A DNA stretch of 64,000 bases from an uncultured delta proteobacterium (GTDB lineage: Bacteria > Desulfobacterota > RBG-13-43-22), in assembly GCA_963790475.1 (NCBI GenBank), contig CAWBOS010000015.1, positions 256,001 to 320,000 on the forward strand, in the 5' to 3' direction. Each line of letters begins with the position of its first letter. Within the stretch, counting starts at the first letter, position 1. Both the position numbers and the translations under genes were made by a program. Positions 1-10,125 of the stretch are shown in pieces. The notes below the pieces were generated by a model. The model was not told the DNA's origin, made no database searches, and was given only the letters and a program-made list of their open reading frames with translations.

Positions 1-743
1 CCGGATCATCAAGGGGTGTTGGTGCGGCAACGGCAAAATTGCTGGCCAGGGAAGGCTTTAATGTCGTCGTAAATTTCTCGAAGAGCCAAGAAGAAGCGAA
101 AAAAATAGCTGCTGCCTGCGAAGCCCTGGGGGCCGAGACCCTGCTCTACCAGGCCGATGTCGCGCAGGACGCTGATTGTCGCCGGATGGTCGCGGAAGCG
201 GTCAAAAAGTGGGGACGCGTCGATGCCCTGGTGAACAACGCCGGGACTACGAAATTCTGCGCCGCGGATAATCTCGAAGGCCTCAGCAAAGAGGATTTTC
301 TCGATATTTACGGAGTCAATCTGGTGGGCCCGTATCAGATGATAAGGGCAGTAGCCCCGCACATGAAAGAGCAGGGGAAAGGAGTCGTCGTCAATGTTGC
401 CTCCATTGCTGGGGTAATGGCCATCGGAAGCTCGGTGGCCTATATCGCCTCGAAGGCAGCGCTGATTGGCATCACGAAAGCCCTGGCCCGGGCCCTCGGC
501 CCGGAAATCCGCATCAACGCCGTCTGTCCGGGTTTCATTCAGGGCGAATGGCTGAGGGACGGCATGGGCCAGGAGCTTTATGACGCGGTGAAGAATCACC
601 TGGAGACCACCTTACCGTTACGCGCCACCTGTACGCCTGAGAAGGTGGCCGAAGCCATCTTCCTATTTATACGCGGGGCCGATCTGGTCACCGGGGAAAC
701 ACTGCTTTTCGACGGCGGTCAACATCTGGGAAAGCTTATGTGA
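1..743 (+). CDS. SDR family oxidoreductase (FabG-like), 5' end outside window
   Basis: GSSRGVG (TGxxxGxG), NNAG and YIASK (YxxxK) motifs; frame is open from the window start. Confidence 0.9.
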   Translation, partial: GSSRGVGAATAKLLAREGFNVVVNFSKSQEEAKKIAAACEALGAETLLYQADVAQDADCRRMVAEAVKKWGRVDALVNNAGTTKFCAADNLEGLSKEDFLDIYGVNLVGPYQMIRAVAPHMKEQGKGVVVNVASIAGVMAIGSSVAYIASKAALIGITKALARALGPEIRINAVCPGFIQGEWLRDGMGQELYDAVKNHLETTLPLRATCTPEKVAEAIFLFIRGADLVTGETLLFDGGQHLGKLM

Positions 744-781
744 TAACTCGCGGACATTTTATTCAAAACATCGTTAGCCAA

Positions 782-903
782 CAACCCATCACTTCTGACG
801 AAAATGACGTTATTAAATATCGTTGCGGTTCGAAGATTAGGAACATCACCAAGGAAACGGAAGCTATTACCAACGGTAACGGTGCAGTCTGATCTGCCCT
901 TTA
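782..903 (+). repeat. Dispersed degenerate repeat, copy R1
   Basis: Shares ...GAAGATTAGGAACATCACCAAGG..CGGAAGC...ACCAACG with copies at 4010, 5886, 8034 and 12930. Confidence 0.85.
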
Positions 904-935
904 CCCAATAGGTTATTTAAGCTTTATGAAATATT

Positions 936-944
936 TGGTATAAT
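936..944 (+). promoter_or_regulatory. Putative extended -10 promoter (TGG TATAAT) for USP gene
   Basis: TGnTATAAT about 50 nt upstream of ATG 994; GGAGG SD before the ATG. Confidence 0.45.
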
Positions 945-993
945 GACTCGGAAATTCGCAGTTTAAATTCGAAGAATATTAAAGGGAGGACTT

Positions 994-1443
994 ATGATTT
1001 CAAAGATTCTTCTACCGACAGACGGTTCCAAGGCAGCTCAAAAGGCAGCCCGGTATGCAGTTAACCTTGCAACACAGTTAAAGGCCTCCGTAATTATCCT
1101 GAGCGTTATCGATAACCGTTCATTGGTAAGCCAGACCGTTGTTGCCGCGGAGACAGCAATGCAGGTTATACAGCCTATCGAGGATTATCTGCGGGAGGCG
1201 GCTAAAGGTTATGCCGGAGAGATAAAGAAGTTGTGCGACAAAAACGGTGTCCAATCAAAGACCGTCATAACTATAGGGCATCCTGTCGAAGAGATTGTCA
1301 AAGAGGCCAAGAAGTCAAAGGCAGATCTCATTATCATAGGTTCTCATGGAAGAAGCGCTTTAGCCGCTGCGGTCCTCGGCAGTGTTGCCTATGGTGTAAT
1401 CCACAACGACACAAAAATCCCTGCCCTGGTGGTAAAGCAGTGA
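994..1443 (+). CDS. Universal stress protein (UspA family)
   Basis: ILLPTDGS N-terminus and DLIIIGSHGRS...LGSVA motif. Confidence 0.92.
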   Translation: MISKILLPTDGSKAAQKAARYAVNLATQLKASVIILSVIDNRSLVSQTVVAAETAMQVIQPIEDYLREAAKGYAGEIKKLCDKNGVQSKTVITIGHPVEEIVKEAKKSKADLIIIGSHGRSALAAAVLGSVAYGVIHNDTKIPALVVKQ

Positions 1444-1523
1444 TCTATTATGAAAAGGTCGTTATTAACTATCTCTAGGGTCACCTGAACTTGCTAAAGA
1501 CCACAAAAGCAGGAGGTTCGATT

Positions 1524-2144
1524 TTGCGACAGATATGGGCTGCGATTTGTCTTACGACCTTCCTTCTGGTGGCCTTGGCGAACGCGGCTGACCAAGCTCA
1601 GAAGGAGGATGCCGCCAAGGGCAAAGCGAAAGTATTAGAGGAGAAGGCCACGCCCGAGGGAAGCAAGAAGCTACCTACTCCGGCCCAGATCATCACTAAG
1701 CCCCAAGCGCAGTCGGTCGATCCGATCGGCGAAGAACCATTGGATGATGCGATCACCTGTCTTGCCCGCACCATCTACTGGGAGGCCAATCGCAAGGATG
1801 ATGCCGAAATGGAAGCCATCGCCAATGTCGTTATGAACCGGCTCGGTCATAAGGGCTTCCCAATCACCATCTGCGGAATTGTCAAGCAAGGCCACGAACA
1901 GGGTACCTGCCAGTTCTCGTGGTGGTGCGATGGCCGTTCGGATGATGCAAAGGAGGATGAAGCCTACTCGCACGCCAAGGAAATCGCCCGCAAGGCCCTC
2001 AACCGGCAACTCAAGGACCGAAGCGGTGGAGCTTTGTATTTCCACAATCGCAAAGTAACCCCAGATTGGTCAAACGAATATGTCAAAACGGCTGAGGTCG
2101 GCGAGCACGTCTTCTACCGGCCTGGTGGCGGCAAGGCCAAATAG
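1524..2144 (+). CDS. Cell wall hydrolase, SleB/Hydrolase_2 family, with signal peptide
   Basis: CLARTIYWEA, VVMNR, CQFSWWCDG, ALYFH, GEHVFY motifs; TTG start after AGGAGG. Confidence 0.88.
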   Translation: MRQIWAAICLTTFLLVALANAADQAQKEDAAKGKAKVLEEKATPEGSKKLPTPAQIITKPQAQSVDPIGEEPLDDAITCLARTIYWEANRKDDAEMEAIANVVMNRLGHKGFPITICGIVKQGHEQGTCQFSWWCDGRSDDAKEDEAYSHAKEIARKALNRQLKDRSGGALYFHNRKVTPDWSNEYVKTAEVGEHVFYRPGGGKAK

Positions 2145-2189
2145 GCCCTGTCGGTCGGTTTCGGCAAAGCTTCCGGCAAATTTCAAAAT

Positions 2190-2227
2190 ATAGCAGCCTG
2201 ATTACCTTTGAACCTTTATAGAAACAG
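2190..2227 (+). repeat. Dispersed repeat, partial copy R2 (3' tail only)
   Basis: ATAGCAGCCTGATTACCTTTGAACCTTTATAGAAAC matches R5 tail ATAGCGGCCTGATCGCCTCTGAACCTTTATAAAAAC. Confidence 0.7.
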
Positions 2228-2283
2228 GCATCGTCCCTTTTTTTTATACTTTGAACTGAAATCCATCAGACCAAGGACTAAAA

Positions 2284-2634
2284 ATGAAAATTACACGCAT
2301 CTACACGGGGAAAGACAATCAATCACATTTTGAAAATATTGATATCTACCTGAAAAACGGTGGAAAAGGCGGCTTTATGTCCGAATTAATGAAGGCCACC
2401 GGGGTTATCTTTCGGGAAACCGACGGCTCGTATAATTATGATTTTCACAATGCACCCCGGCGTCAGTATGTAGTAAATCTGGAGGGCGAAGTAGAGATCG
2501 AAATCGGCGACGGGACGAAACGGATCCTCCATTCCGGTGACATCCTTCTGGCCGAAGACACCACCGGTCAAGGGCACAAAAGCCGTGCTGTCGGCGGCAA
2601 GCCGAGGAAATCTCTGTTTGTTACCTTGGACTAA
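2284..2634 (+). CDS. Cupin-like protein
   Basis: DFHNAPRRQYVVNLEG...GDILLAEDTTGQGH cupin pattern. Confidence 0.8.
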   Translation: MKITRIYTGKDNQSHFENIDIYLKNGGKGGFMSELMKATGVIFRETDGSYNYDFHNAPRRQYVVNLEGEVEIEIGDGTKRILHSGDILLAEDTTGQGHKSRAVGGKPRKSLFVTLD

Positions 2635-2670
2635 AAACGGGCCTTGCCCTTAGTTTTGGGAGTTTTCATT

Positions 2671-3973
2671 ATGATAAATGAAACGGTTGAAATCCTTTCC
2701 GAATACCTGCAGATCAATACCACAAATCCCCCCGGCAATGAGGCTAAAGCCGTACGGTTCTTTGCGGAAATATTCGACCAGGAAAAAATACCCTACCAGA
2801 CCTATGAGTCTAAACCGGGAAGGGTTTCCATAAAAGCCAACCTGACCGGCTCCGGCAAAAAAGGGCCGATTATTCTCCTTAACCATATGGATGTGGTCTT
2901 GGCAAACTCTCAACGAATATACTTTCGATCCTTTCGGCGGGAAAATAATAGACGGATATATATGCGGGCGCGGGGCGCTGGACATGAAGAGCATTGGTGT
3001 CATGCAGCTTATGGCCATTTTGGCCATGAGACGGGAGGAGGTGTCCCTTAATCGTGACCTGGTATTTCTTGCGGCTGCCGATGAAGAGACCGGAGGGTCG
3101 TTAGGGGTCAAGTACCTGATGGAGAATTACCCGGATGATTTTAATGCCGCCCTGGTTTTAAATGAAGGGGCGCACGGACTTTCCAATATGGTTCCGGATA
3201 AAACGGTCATACTTCTTGCCACTGGAGAAAAGGGACCCTGCTGGCTTAAGCTAAGCTGTAAAGGACCTTCCGGTCATGGCTCTACGCCGCATGCCCGGAA
3301 TGCCTTGGTGAAAATGACTCAGGCCCTGGCCAGACTTCTTTCAGCAGAATTGCCGGTCATTATTACCCCGATAGTGCACGAATATTTCAAAAGGCTTTCA
3401 TCGGAATGGTCATTCCTGGGTCCATTTAAAAAGGATGGCCAGCATAAAACGTTAGCCCGGGTGCTGAAGAAAAGCGGAATGCTCAAAGTGCCCCAGATAA
3501 ATGCCATGGTAAGAAACACGATTAGCCTTAATATCTTAAATGCAGGAAATAAGATCAATGTCATTCCCGATTACGCCGAAGCACAACTGGATATCAGATT
3601 GTTGCCGGGTCAGGACATTAATGAGTTCGTTGCCTTTGTAAAAGAAAAACTTGCCGATGATGACCTGAAAATAGAAATACTATTAGCCTCCGGAGGAAAT
3701 GAGTCTGATACCAACAATGATGATTTTATAATTATTCAGAATGCGGTTAATGAACATTTTAAAAATTCCATAATGCTCTTCTATCTCATGTCGGGAATAA
3801 CCGATTCTCGATTTTTCAGGGAAAAAGGAATCACGGCTTATGGCTTTTGTCCTATTTCTATTCCTGTAGAGCATTTAAATATGATTCATGGAGTGGATGA
3901 AAAGATATCTGTCGATAATATGATTAAGGGAACTGAAGTTTATATGGATATAGTGAAGAGACTTTGCACATAA
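2671..3973 (+). CDS. M20/M25/M40 metallo-hydrolase; +1 frameshift near 2908 (probable sequencing error)
   Basis: HMDVV, GRGALDMK, DEE, GHGS, TDSRFF and IHGVDE motifs split over two frames. Confidence 0.85.
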
Positions 3974-4009
3974 TATAGCGAGCCGTTCGTGCAGAACGTG
4001 CTTCGCAGA

Positions 4010-4124
4010 CAACCCGTCGATCCTGGCGAAAATTACGTTTTAATCATCTCCGCAGTTTAAAGATCAAGAGCATCACCAAGGGGGCGGAAGCTTTCACCAA
4101 CGCCTCAAAACCTTCACAAACGCG
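4010..4124 (+). repeat. Dispersed repeat, copy R3
   Basis: CAACCCGTC...GAAAATTACGTT...AAGATCAAGAGCATCACCAAGGGGGCGGAAGCTTTCACCAACG. Confidence 0.85.
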
Positions 4125-4159
4125 AATATCTCCTGAGGAAAGTCCAAACCTGTTCGGAA

Positions 4160-5392
4160 TCAAATCTTTCTGTTAGGTATCATCATCAGGAATAGAATAG
4201 AAAGTCCCGCCAATATGGCATAGAGTTGAAAGGCCATCGTGTAACTGTGATACATATCAAATATCCAGCCCGCGAAAACCGGAGCAATAATGCCTGGAAT
4301 AGAAAAAGCTATGGCCATCATACCCCGAATAGAGGCGAAGGATCGGACCCCGAAATAGTCGGCCTGAATCCCAGGGAGAAGGGGAACCGTAGCGCCGAAG
4401 CCGGGTCCGTAGAGGAGGACAAAGGGGATAATCATCCAGGGGCTGCTTATATTGGCATAAATGAAAAAACCGACCGCCTGCATGGCTGCCGAGATCATCA
4501 GAAGACGTTTCTTACTGTAAGTATCCCCCAGCCACGAAATAAAGAGTCTGCCAACGAGGCTCACCAAAGCATAGCCGGCCATGGCGAGGGCCGCCAGTTT
4601 TTCCGATATGCCGGCATTGATCAGGTGAGGCATTTCCTGCACGGGAATTGTACTGAAGGCGAATTGAACGCAGAAGGCAAAAAGAAAAAACATCCAGAAA
4701 GCCCTTGTTTTCAGGGCTTCCTTCAGTGTAAATCCCGGTTCCCCTTCTTGAAAGTTAGCGGAATCCGTAGGATTCCCTTCCAGTATGATCCCATCCGGCT
4801 GCATTCCATAAGATTGAGGCCGGTCTCTTATGAAAAAAGACAAGGGAATGCCAATCACCAAGATAAAGGGGCACAGCAGAAACATGGTCTCACGCCATCC
4901 GACAGATCTTATCATCATGGCTATGATAGGCGTCATCAGGCCGGAGACGCCCCATCCGGTAGTCAGTAAGCCAAGGGCTAAGGACCGCCGTTTCTTGAAC
5001 CAATTGGCTACGGCCGTATATTGAGCGATACCCGCAGCCATCGTGAATCCTAACGATAAAAGCACAAAACCAACATAAAAAGTCGTAAGCGTAGTCATTC
5101 GACTGAGAAGGAACAGGGAAAGCCCCATAAGGATTAGGCCGACGAAGATACATTTCCTGACGCCGGTGCGATCGACGAAAATACCTATGAGGGGCTGAAA
5201 AACTCCACCCTCGATACTCCTCAGAGAGAAGGCGAAAGATATGGCCGCGCTACCCCATTTCATTTCTGAAGATATAGGATTAAAAAAAGCCGTAAAGCCA
5301 TAGAGGGCCGTTCCCCCGGTTATGACCAGCAATACGAAAGAGGCCAGGACTATCCACCAGCCGTAAAAGAGACTTTGCATTTTTTTGAGCAT
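4160..5392 (-). CDS. MFS transporter (MCT/OFA-like)
   Basis: About 12 hydrophobic segments; FYGWWIV N-terminus, WFKKRRSLALG, DYFG motifs. Confidence 0.9.
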   Translation of the reverse strand: MLKKMQSLFYGWWIVLASFVLLVITGGTALYGFTAFFNPISSEMKWGSAAISFAFSLRSIEGGVFQPLIGIFVDRTGVRKCIFVGLILMGLSLFLLSRMTTLTTFYVGFVLLSLGFTMAAGIAQYTAVANWFKKRRSLALGLLTTGWGVSGLMTPIIAMMIRSVGWRETMFLLCPFILVIGIPLSFFIRDRPQSYGMQPDGIILEGNPTDSANFQEGEPGFTLKEALKTRAFWMFFLFAFCVQFAFSTIPVQEMPHLINAGISEKLAALAMAGYALVSLVGRLFISWLGDTYSKKRLLMISAAMQAVGFFIYANISSPWMIIPFVLLYGPGFGATVPLLPGIQADYFGVRSFASIRGMMAIAFSIPGIIAPVFAGWIFDMYHSYTMAFQLYAILAGLSILFLMMIPNRKI

Positions 5393-5885
5393 TTAATTCA
5401 TTAACTCCAAATAATAAGAATGGCTGAAAGGCATCTTCGATTCAATGGCCGTTCAATGTTCATCCAGATTTCATAAGATGATCATTCAACCATGTATTTA
5501 AATTTCTTGTCCCCCGACGTTGCGATGGAACCGGCTGGCATCTTCCTGATACGACTGCGCGATCCCACAACAATCGGGGAAATGTCTTTTTTCTTTGCTG
5601 TTGAAATTTAGACCTTCGCAGAAATATTTTTTGAATTATTAAGGAAGGATCTAAAATCCTCAGAGGGAGTTCTTTATAGACTCCTCGAGGCCGATTAAAG
5701 TTATTATAATTTTCCCATGGAGTCAATCGCTTGTTTAGATCTTTATCATCCTATAGTCAAAGGCTCAGAAATCTCCCGCCCATAAGCGCTCGTGGATCGC
5801 GCCACTTTTCCTTTGAACAAGGAAGGCAGAGGAAAGCAATTGATCGTTCTCACTTTTTTCCCGCTCTTTTTATGTGTCGAATGGC

Positions 5886-5960
5886 TCACTTCTGATGAAA
5901 AGGTCGTTCTGAACAATCTCTGCGATTTGAAGATTGGGAACATCACCAAGGGGGCAGAAG
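5886..5960 (+). repeat. Dispersed repeat, copy R4
   Basis: TCACTTCTGATGAAAA...GAAGATTGGGAACATCACCAAGGGGGCAGAAG. Confidence 0.85.
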
Positions 5961-6004
5961 ATGGGGCGGACAGAGTTGCGATAGAAGGTTTGGAAGATGC
6001 GAAT

Positions 6005-6733
6005 CTAAAATCGTAATGTTTCCAATCCACTGAGGACATCCACAAAGCGATAAGCGAAGTAGTCGGGGGTCACATTTTCATGGGATTTGGCTCCCTGGTT
6101 GGAGTTGATGTAGATGGCCTTGATGCCGAGCCGGCTAGCCCCGTAAATATCCCGGTACATGTCGTTGCCCACGCAAATCACCTCGGTCGGCCCGAGCTTC
6201 AATCCGTCGAGGGCTTTCCCCATAAGCCTGGTATCCGGTTTCCTGAATCCGAAGTGCGAGGAGATGATAATAGGGTCGAAATAGCCGTCCAGTCCTACGG
6301 CCTTTATCTCCGGCAGGGCGTAACAGGACTGGGCATCGGAAACGAGGGCCAGGCGGTAGGCAGGGCTTAGCTCGTCAAGCACCTTCTTCACGTCGGGATA
6401 AAGCTGGAGACGATTCCGGGATATGCCCCGGTAGATTTGGGCAAGAATCAAGGCTAGTTTACGACGTTCATGGGCTACTTTTATGCCTTCCTGCTCGAGG
6501 AAAGTATTCCAAATGGCCTCTACGTCTATTTCCGGGTATTCCTCACCGCGTATTTCTTTTTGTTGCTTCATGATCTGGTAGTATCGCTCCCGCACCTCCC
6601 ACCGATGCCGATATACCCCATGGTAGGTCAGATAATGGGAGATTCCGCGGTATATGTCATCCCTGGACTCGTCGGTCTCGATATCGATTAAGGTCCCATA
6701 AAGATCAAACAGAATTCCCTTGATGGCCTTCAT
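6005..6733 (-). CDS. HAD family hydrolase
   Basis: FDLYGTL motif I, RKPD, VGNDMYRDI. Confidence 0.9.
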   Translation of the reverse strand: MKAIKGILFDLYGTLIDIETDESRDDIYRGISHYLTYHGVYRHRWEVRERYYQIMKQQKEIRGEEYPEIDVEAIWNTFLEQEGIKVAHERRKLALILAQIYRGISRNRLQLYPDVKKVLDELSPAYRLALVSDAQSCYALPEIKAVGLDGYFDPIIISSHFGFRKPDTRLMGKALDGLKLGPTEVICVGNDMYRDIYGASRLGIKAIYINSNQGAKSHENVTPDYFAYRFVDVLSGLETLRF

Positions 6734-6737
6734 ATAT

Positions 6738-7736
6738 TTACCTCAATGTTGTCCTTGCTTCATCCAACAACTGTCGTCGGTAATGATTGGTAATCCATGA
6801 ATTACGCGCGATGCGAAGCAGGGTTATCCCCATGTGAAACGGAACGCGGCGGGTGATGGATCGGAAGGCGCTCTCCCGGTCGGGAAAGTGACCGGCATAC
6901 TCCCAGAGAAAGTGACCGATATAGGGTTCCGCCGGCCATTTGTCGCCAGTATATTGCATAAAAAAATGCTTGATCTCGGCGGCTACCCGTCCCAGGTCGA
7001 AGGCCCGGTCAGCCATTTTCATGCGCTCCAGGTCTATGGCGATCACCCATGGGCTATCGCCGAAGAGGATATTGGAGGGAGTCACGTCGCCGTGGACAAG
7101 GACCTGGTTGTCCTCCCACATAAATCCCTTTGCCCGCCACCGTTCCTTCAGACGGTGGAAATCCTCAGCCTCATCCCAGCCGATGTGACCCCAGTATTTT
7201 AATTGATCCATAATCCGGTCGAAGTAGAAGCAGTCCCGGTTGACGTCCACCCGGTCCCCGGTAGCAGTCCTGTTGTGCAGAGTGGCGAGAAAGTAGGCCA
7301 GGCTGGTGAGCTTCTCAAAGAGGGCCTTCCTCGCGCCTTGCCGGATCGCCTTAACGATAAAGGTGTCAAGCGGCGTCCCGTAGCAGAACTCCTCAATCAG
7401 GACACAGTCGAGCTCAGCATTGCGACCGAGAGGACGGGTTATGTAATGGGGGTATCCGGTAAAGCCGATACTTCGCAGATAATGGAGATTCTTGAATTCC
7501 CGCTCCATGTGATGGCAGGCTGTTTCCGGCGAGCGGCCTGTGATACCGGCAAAAAACTTACCGACAATGCGCGTCCGGGTTCTTATATCTTCGTAGAGGT
7601 AAACATGGTTGGATGCCTGAATCCCATACACCCGGAAGTCGGGGGAGAACCCGTCGACACCGAGCTGCGCCAGGATGTCATAGCGAAGATACCCATAAAG
7701 GGGATCTTGCTTGGGAAGATGTCCGAGATATTTCAT
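6738..7736 (-). CDS. Aminoglycoside-phosphotransferase/choline-kinase-like protein
   Basis: LVHGDVTPSNILF and IDLE kinase motifs. Confidence 0.85.
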   Translation of the reverse strand: MKYLGHLPKQDPLYGYLRYDILAQLGVDGFSPDFRVYGIQASNHVYLYEDIRTRTRIVGKFFAGITGRSPETACHHMEREFKNLHYLRSIGFTGYPHYITRPLGRNAELDCVLIEEFCYGTPLDTFIVKAIRQGARKALFEKLTSLAYFLATLHNRTATGDRVDVNRDCFYFDRIMDQLKYWGHIGWDEAEDFHRLKERWRAKGFMWEDNQVLVHGDVTPSNILFGDSPWVIAIDLERMKMADRAFDLGRVAAEIKHFFMQYTGDKWPAEPYIGHFLWEYAGHFPDRESAFRSITRRVPFHMGITLLRIARNSWITNHYRRQLLDEARTTLR

Positions 7737-7795
7737 GAAAGCTCTATTCGACCACAGGACATTGCATGGATAACCAATTAATTTTTATAGCAAAT

Positions 7796-7824
7796 AATAT
7801 AAAGAAAAAAATCCGGCCTGTCAA
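7796..7824 (-). promoter_or_regulatory. Sigma70 promoter TTGACA-17-TATATT for the kinase-HAD pair
   Basis: Consensus -35, 17-nt spacer, near-consensus -10, 60 nt upstream of ATG 7736. Confidence 0.6.
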
Positions 7825-8033
7825 TACGAATGACAACACTTTTCCTGAACTCATTCTGACAACAGGAAATGCAATCGTGTTGATGTTCTCTGCCAATAAA
7901 CAAACCAAGGGACACTCCCCATATTTTAATGACTACTAACTATTCGACGTGAAGCGGGACGTTCCTGCACAGGAATCGGAGAACATATTACCGATATGAG
8001 GCAGGCCGGACGTAGGGAACGGGCTTAGATGAT

Positions 8034-8169
8034 AACCCATTCCTTCTGATGAAAATGGCATTTATTCCTATCTCTGCACTTCGAAGATTGGGAACATCAC
8101 CAAGGAGCGGAAGCCACCACCAACGGGAAGATAGCGGCCTGATCGCCTCTGAACCTTTATAAAAACGGG
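8034..8169 (+). repeat. Dispersed repeat, copy R5 (most complete)
   Basis: AACCCATTCCTTCTGATGAAAATG...CGAAGATTGGGAACATCACCAAGG...CCAACGG...GCCTGATCGCCTCTGAACCTTTATAAAAAC. Confidence 0.88.
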
Positions 8170-8205
8170 GGCTAATATAAGATTACAAGACATGCTTATC
8201 GAATT

Positions 8206-8460
8206 CTATTCCCGGCCGTCCGGAGTTATTCCTGACGTCTCAACCCTTGGAGGAGGCTCCAGACGAACGTGTTTCACGGCTATGAGAATGAGTCCGACTC
8301 CCGCCCAGAAAAGCGACAGCGCGCGGCGGATGATGGTCAGTGACAGAGCAAGTCCGGCACTCCAGCCAAGCCCGGCGAAAACCACCAGATTCGTCGCTTC
8401 ATATGTTCCGAACGAGGCTGCGGCTATGGTGATGTGAAGCGGGACTTTTGTGAGAAACGC
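8206..8460 (-). pseudogene. C-terminal fragment of a flippase-like (LPG synthase TM/UPF0104) membrane protein
   Basis: SFGTYEA...GLG...ALSLTIIRR...FW pattern; no N-terminal part upstream. Confidence 0.5.
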
Positions 8461-8769
8461 GCTTATCCAAGAACCCTCCACTTTGAGTAAAATCTCGTTA
8501 TTAACAATTCCAATGGCTGGAAGATGATAAACCGTGAAAGTCTAAACTTTTTCTTGCTGACAACCTTTAACCAAAGGAGTGTCCATGGAAGAACGAGAGC
8601 CCATTTCTTTAAAAAAAGAAATGGGTTTTTTTTGAGCAAAAATAAAATAGGAAACATGGAAAAGATAGATTGGTTTACCCCAGCGCTCACTTTTTAACTA
8701 ATCGTTGAGAAATAAAAACTTCTTTTCGGATATCATAGTGTTAACACTTAGCCTGCGGGGGATGAAATT

Positions 8770-10125
8770 ATGAATGGTCTGGATGAAAACAAGAGCGGAA
8801 TAGGCGAGCAACCTAAAGATTTCTGGTCTTATTTAAAGCAAAAGGAACTGGATTTTTTCCCTTCAGGGTCTTTGAGATGGTGGTTAGTGGCCATTATTAC
8901 CATTGCCTGGGCCACGGAACAATTTGAGAGATCCCGGCTTTCACCGGTTCTAGTCTATTTTCTAAAAGATTTCAACATAACCTTAAAATTCTTCGGTCTG
9001 ATGAATCTGCTGGCCATCATTGCTTCGTCCGTAGGAGCCTATACCCTTGGCACCATCGCCGACCGATACGGAAGGCGGCATGCCATTGTCTGGCCCATGC
9101 TAATTTATCTCGTCATTCTGGCCGGTCTGGCCTCGGCCCCCAATATTTGGTTATATGTCAGTCTATCTACTATTGGGGCTTTTTTGATTATGGGCACGTC
9201 TGCCTCAGTTAATGCGGCCATTCGGGATATCATCCCCCGGACAGGAAGAGGTGTGGCCTTTGCCTTCATCAGTCTGGCCTGGACTTTGGGGGCTTTTATG
9301 ACTCAAGGTGTAGCGGCGGTCACAACCCCCATCTGGCCCGGATGGAGGCCACAACACTGGATCGGGCTGGTCATTTCACTATTATTGACTGCATTGGTCT
9401 ATATATATTATCGAGATATATCCATGAGGATAAGGGGTCAGATTGTCGACGATCAACTGGGGGCCATAAAAGCCGGACTGGAGGCCCACGGCATCAAAGA
9501 TATTGAGGCCCTCAGAAACTCTGGATCGATCATTTACAAAAAATTTCATATCTGGATGATCGCCGCAATCCTTATGACCTGGGGGACTACCTACACCACT
9601 TTTACGGCCTTTTTACCAACTTATCTTACTCAATGGCATGGTGTTCATCCGGCCAAGGCAGCGGCCTTGGCCACTTGGTTTTGGTTGCTGGCCGGATTCA
9701 GTATTTTCCTGTCCGGTTATATCTCGGACAAAACTGGCCTTCGCAAACTCACTCTGTCGGTGGGTTCATTGATTACTGGCTTACTGGTCATAGTCGGAGC
9801 TACGCTTCCCAGGAATACCAGTTATCCAACTTTAGTTATCATGTGGCTTTGTGTGGCCGCTATCGCCGGATTCATCTATCCCTCCTGGTGTGCCATTCTT
9901 TCGGAAAACACAGAAGACATCAATCCCTTCAGTGTTGGCCGGGCCTTTGGTCTGGCCGGTGCCCTGACTTTTCTCACCGGTCTGATTCTGGCCTTGATTT
10001 TGCCGCAGGTAGTAGCCCGGGCCGGCTGGGGAACTTGGATGATCTATGCCGGCGGCTTTGCCATCAGTAATATCTTTTTCATTTCATTTGCTAAGGAACC
10101 TTGGCTCAAGGTACGGCGGCTCTAG
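8770..10125 (+). CDS. MFS transporter
   Basis: GTIADRYGRR motif A, second GYISDKTGLRK repeat, about 12 TM segments. Confidence 0.9.
   Translation: MNGLDENKSGIGEQPKDFWSYLKQKELDFFPSGSLRWWLVAIITIAWATEQFERSRLSPVLVYFLKDFNITLKFFGLMNLLAIIASSVGAYTLGTIADRYGRRHAIVWPMLIYLVILAGLASAPNIWLYVSLSTIGAFLIMGTSASVNAAIRDIIPRTGRGVAFAFISLAWTLGAFMTQGVAAVTTPIWPGWRPQHWIGLVISLLLTALVYIYYRDISMRIRGQIVDDQLGAIKAGLEAHGIKDIEALRNSGSIIYKKFHIWMIAAILMTWGTTYTTFTAFLPTYLTQWHGVHPAKAAALATWFWLLAGFSIFLSGYISDKTGLRKLTLSVGSLITGLLVIVGATLPRNTSYPTLVIMWLCVAAIAGFIYPSWCAILSENTEDINPFSVGRAFGLAGALTFLTGLILALILPQVVARAGWGTWMIYAGGFAISNIFFISFAKEPWLKVRRL

Noticed and set aside
741-779. Integron attC (ATAAC...GTTAGCC) after the SDR gene; weak similar motif near 3972-3990
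   Set aside because: Too short, no convincing L/R box pairing, not present at other repeat copies, and no IntI in the window.
5460-6045. Small ORFs 5460-5726, 5746-6045 and 5792-6016
   Set aside because: No recognisable motifs; 5792-6016 merely reads through repeat R4.
6738-7736. Aminoglycoside resistance gene
   Set aside because: Only the generic APH/ChoK fold is supported; no specificity evidence.
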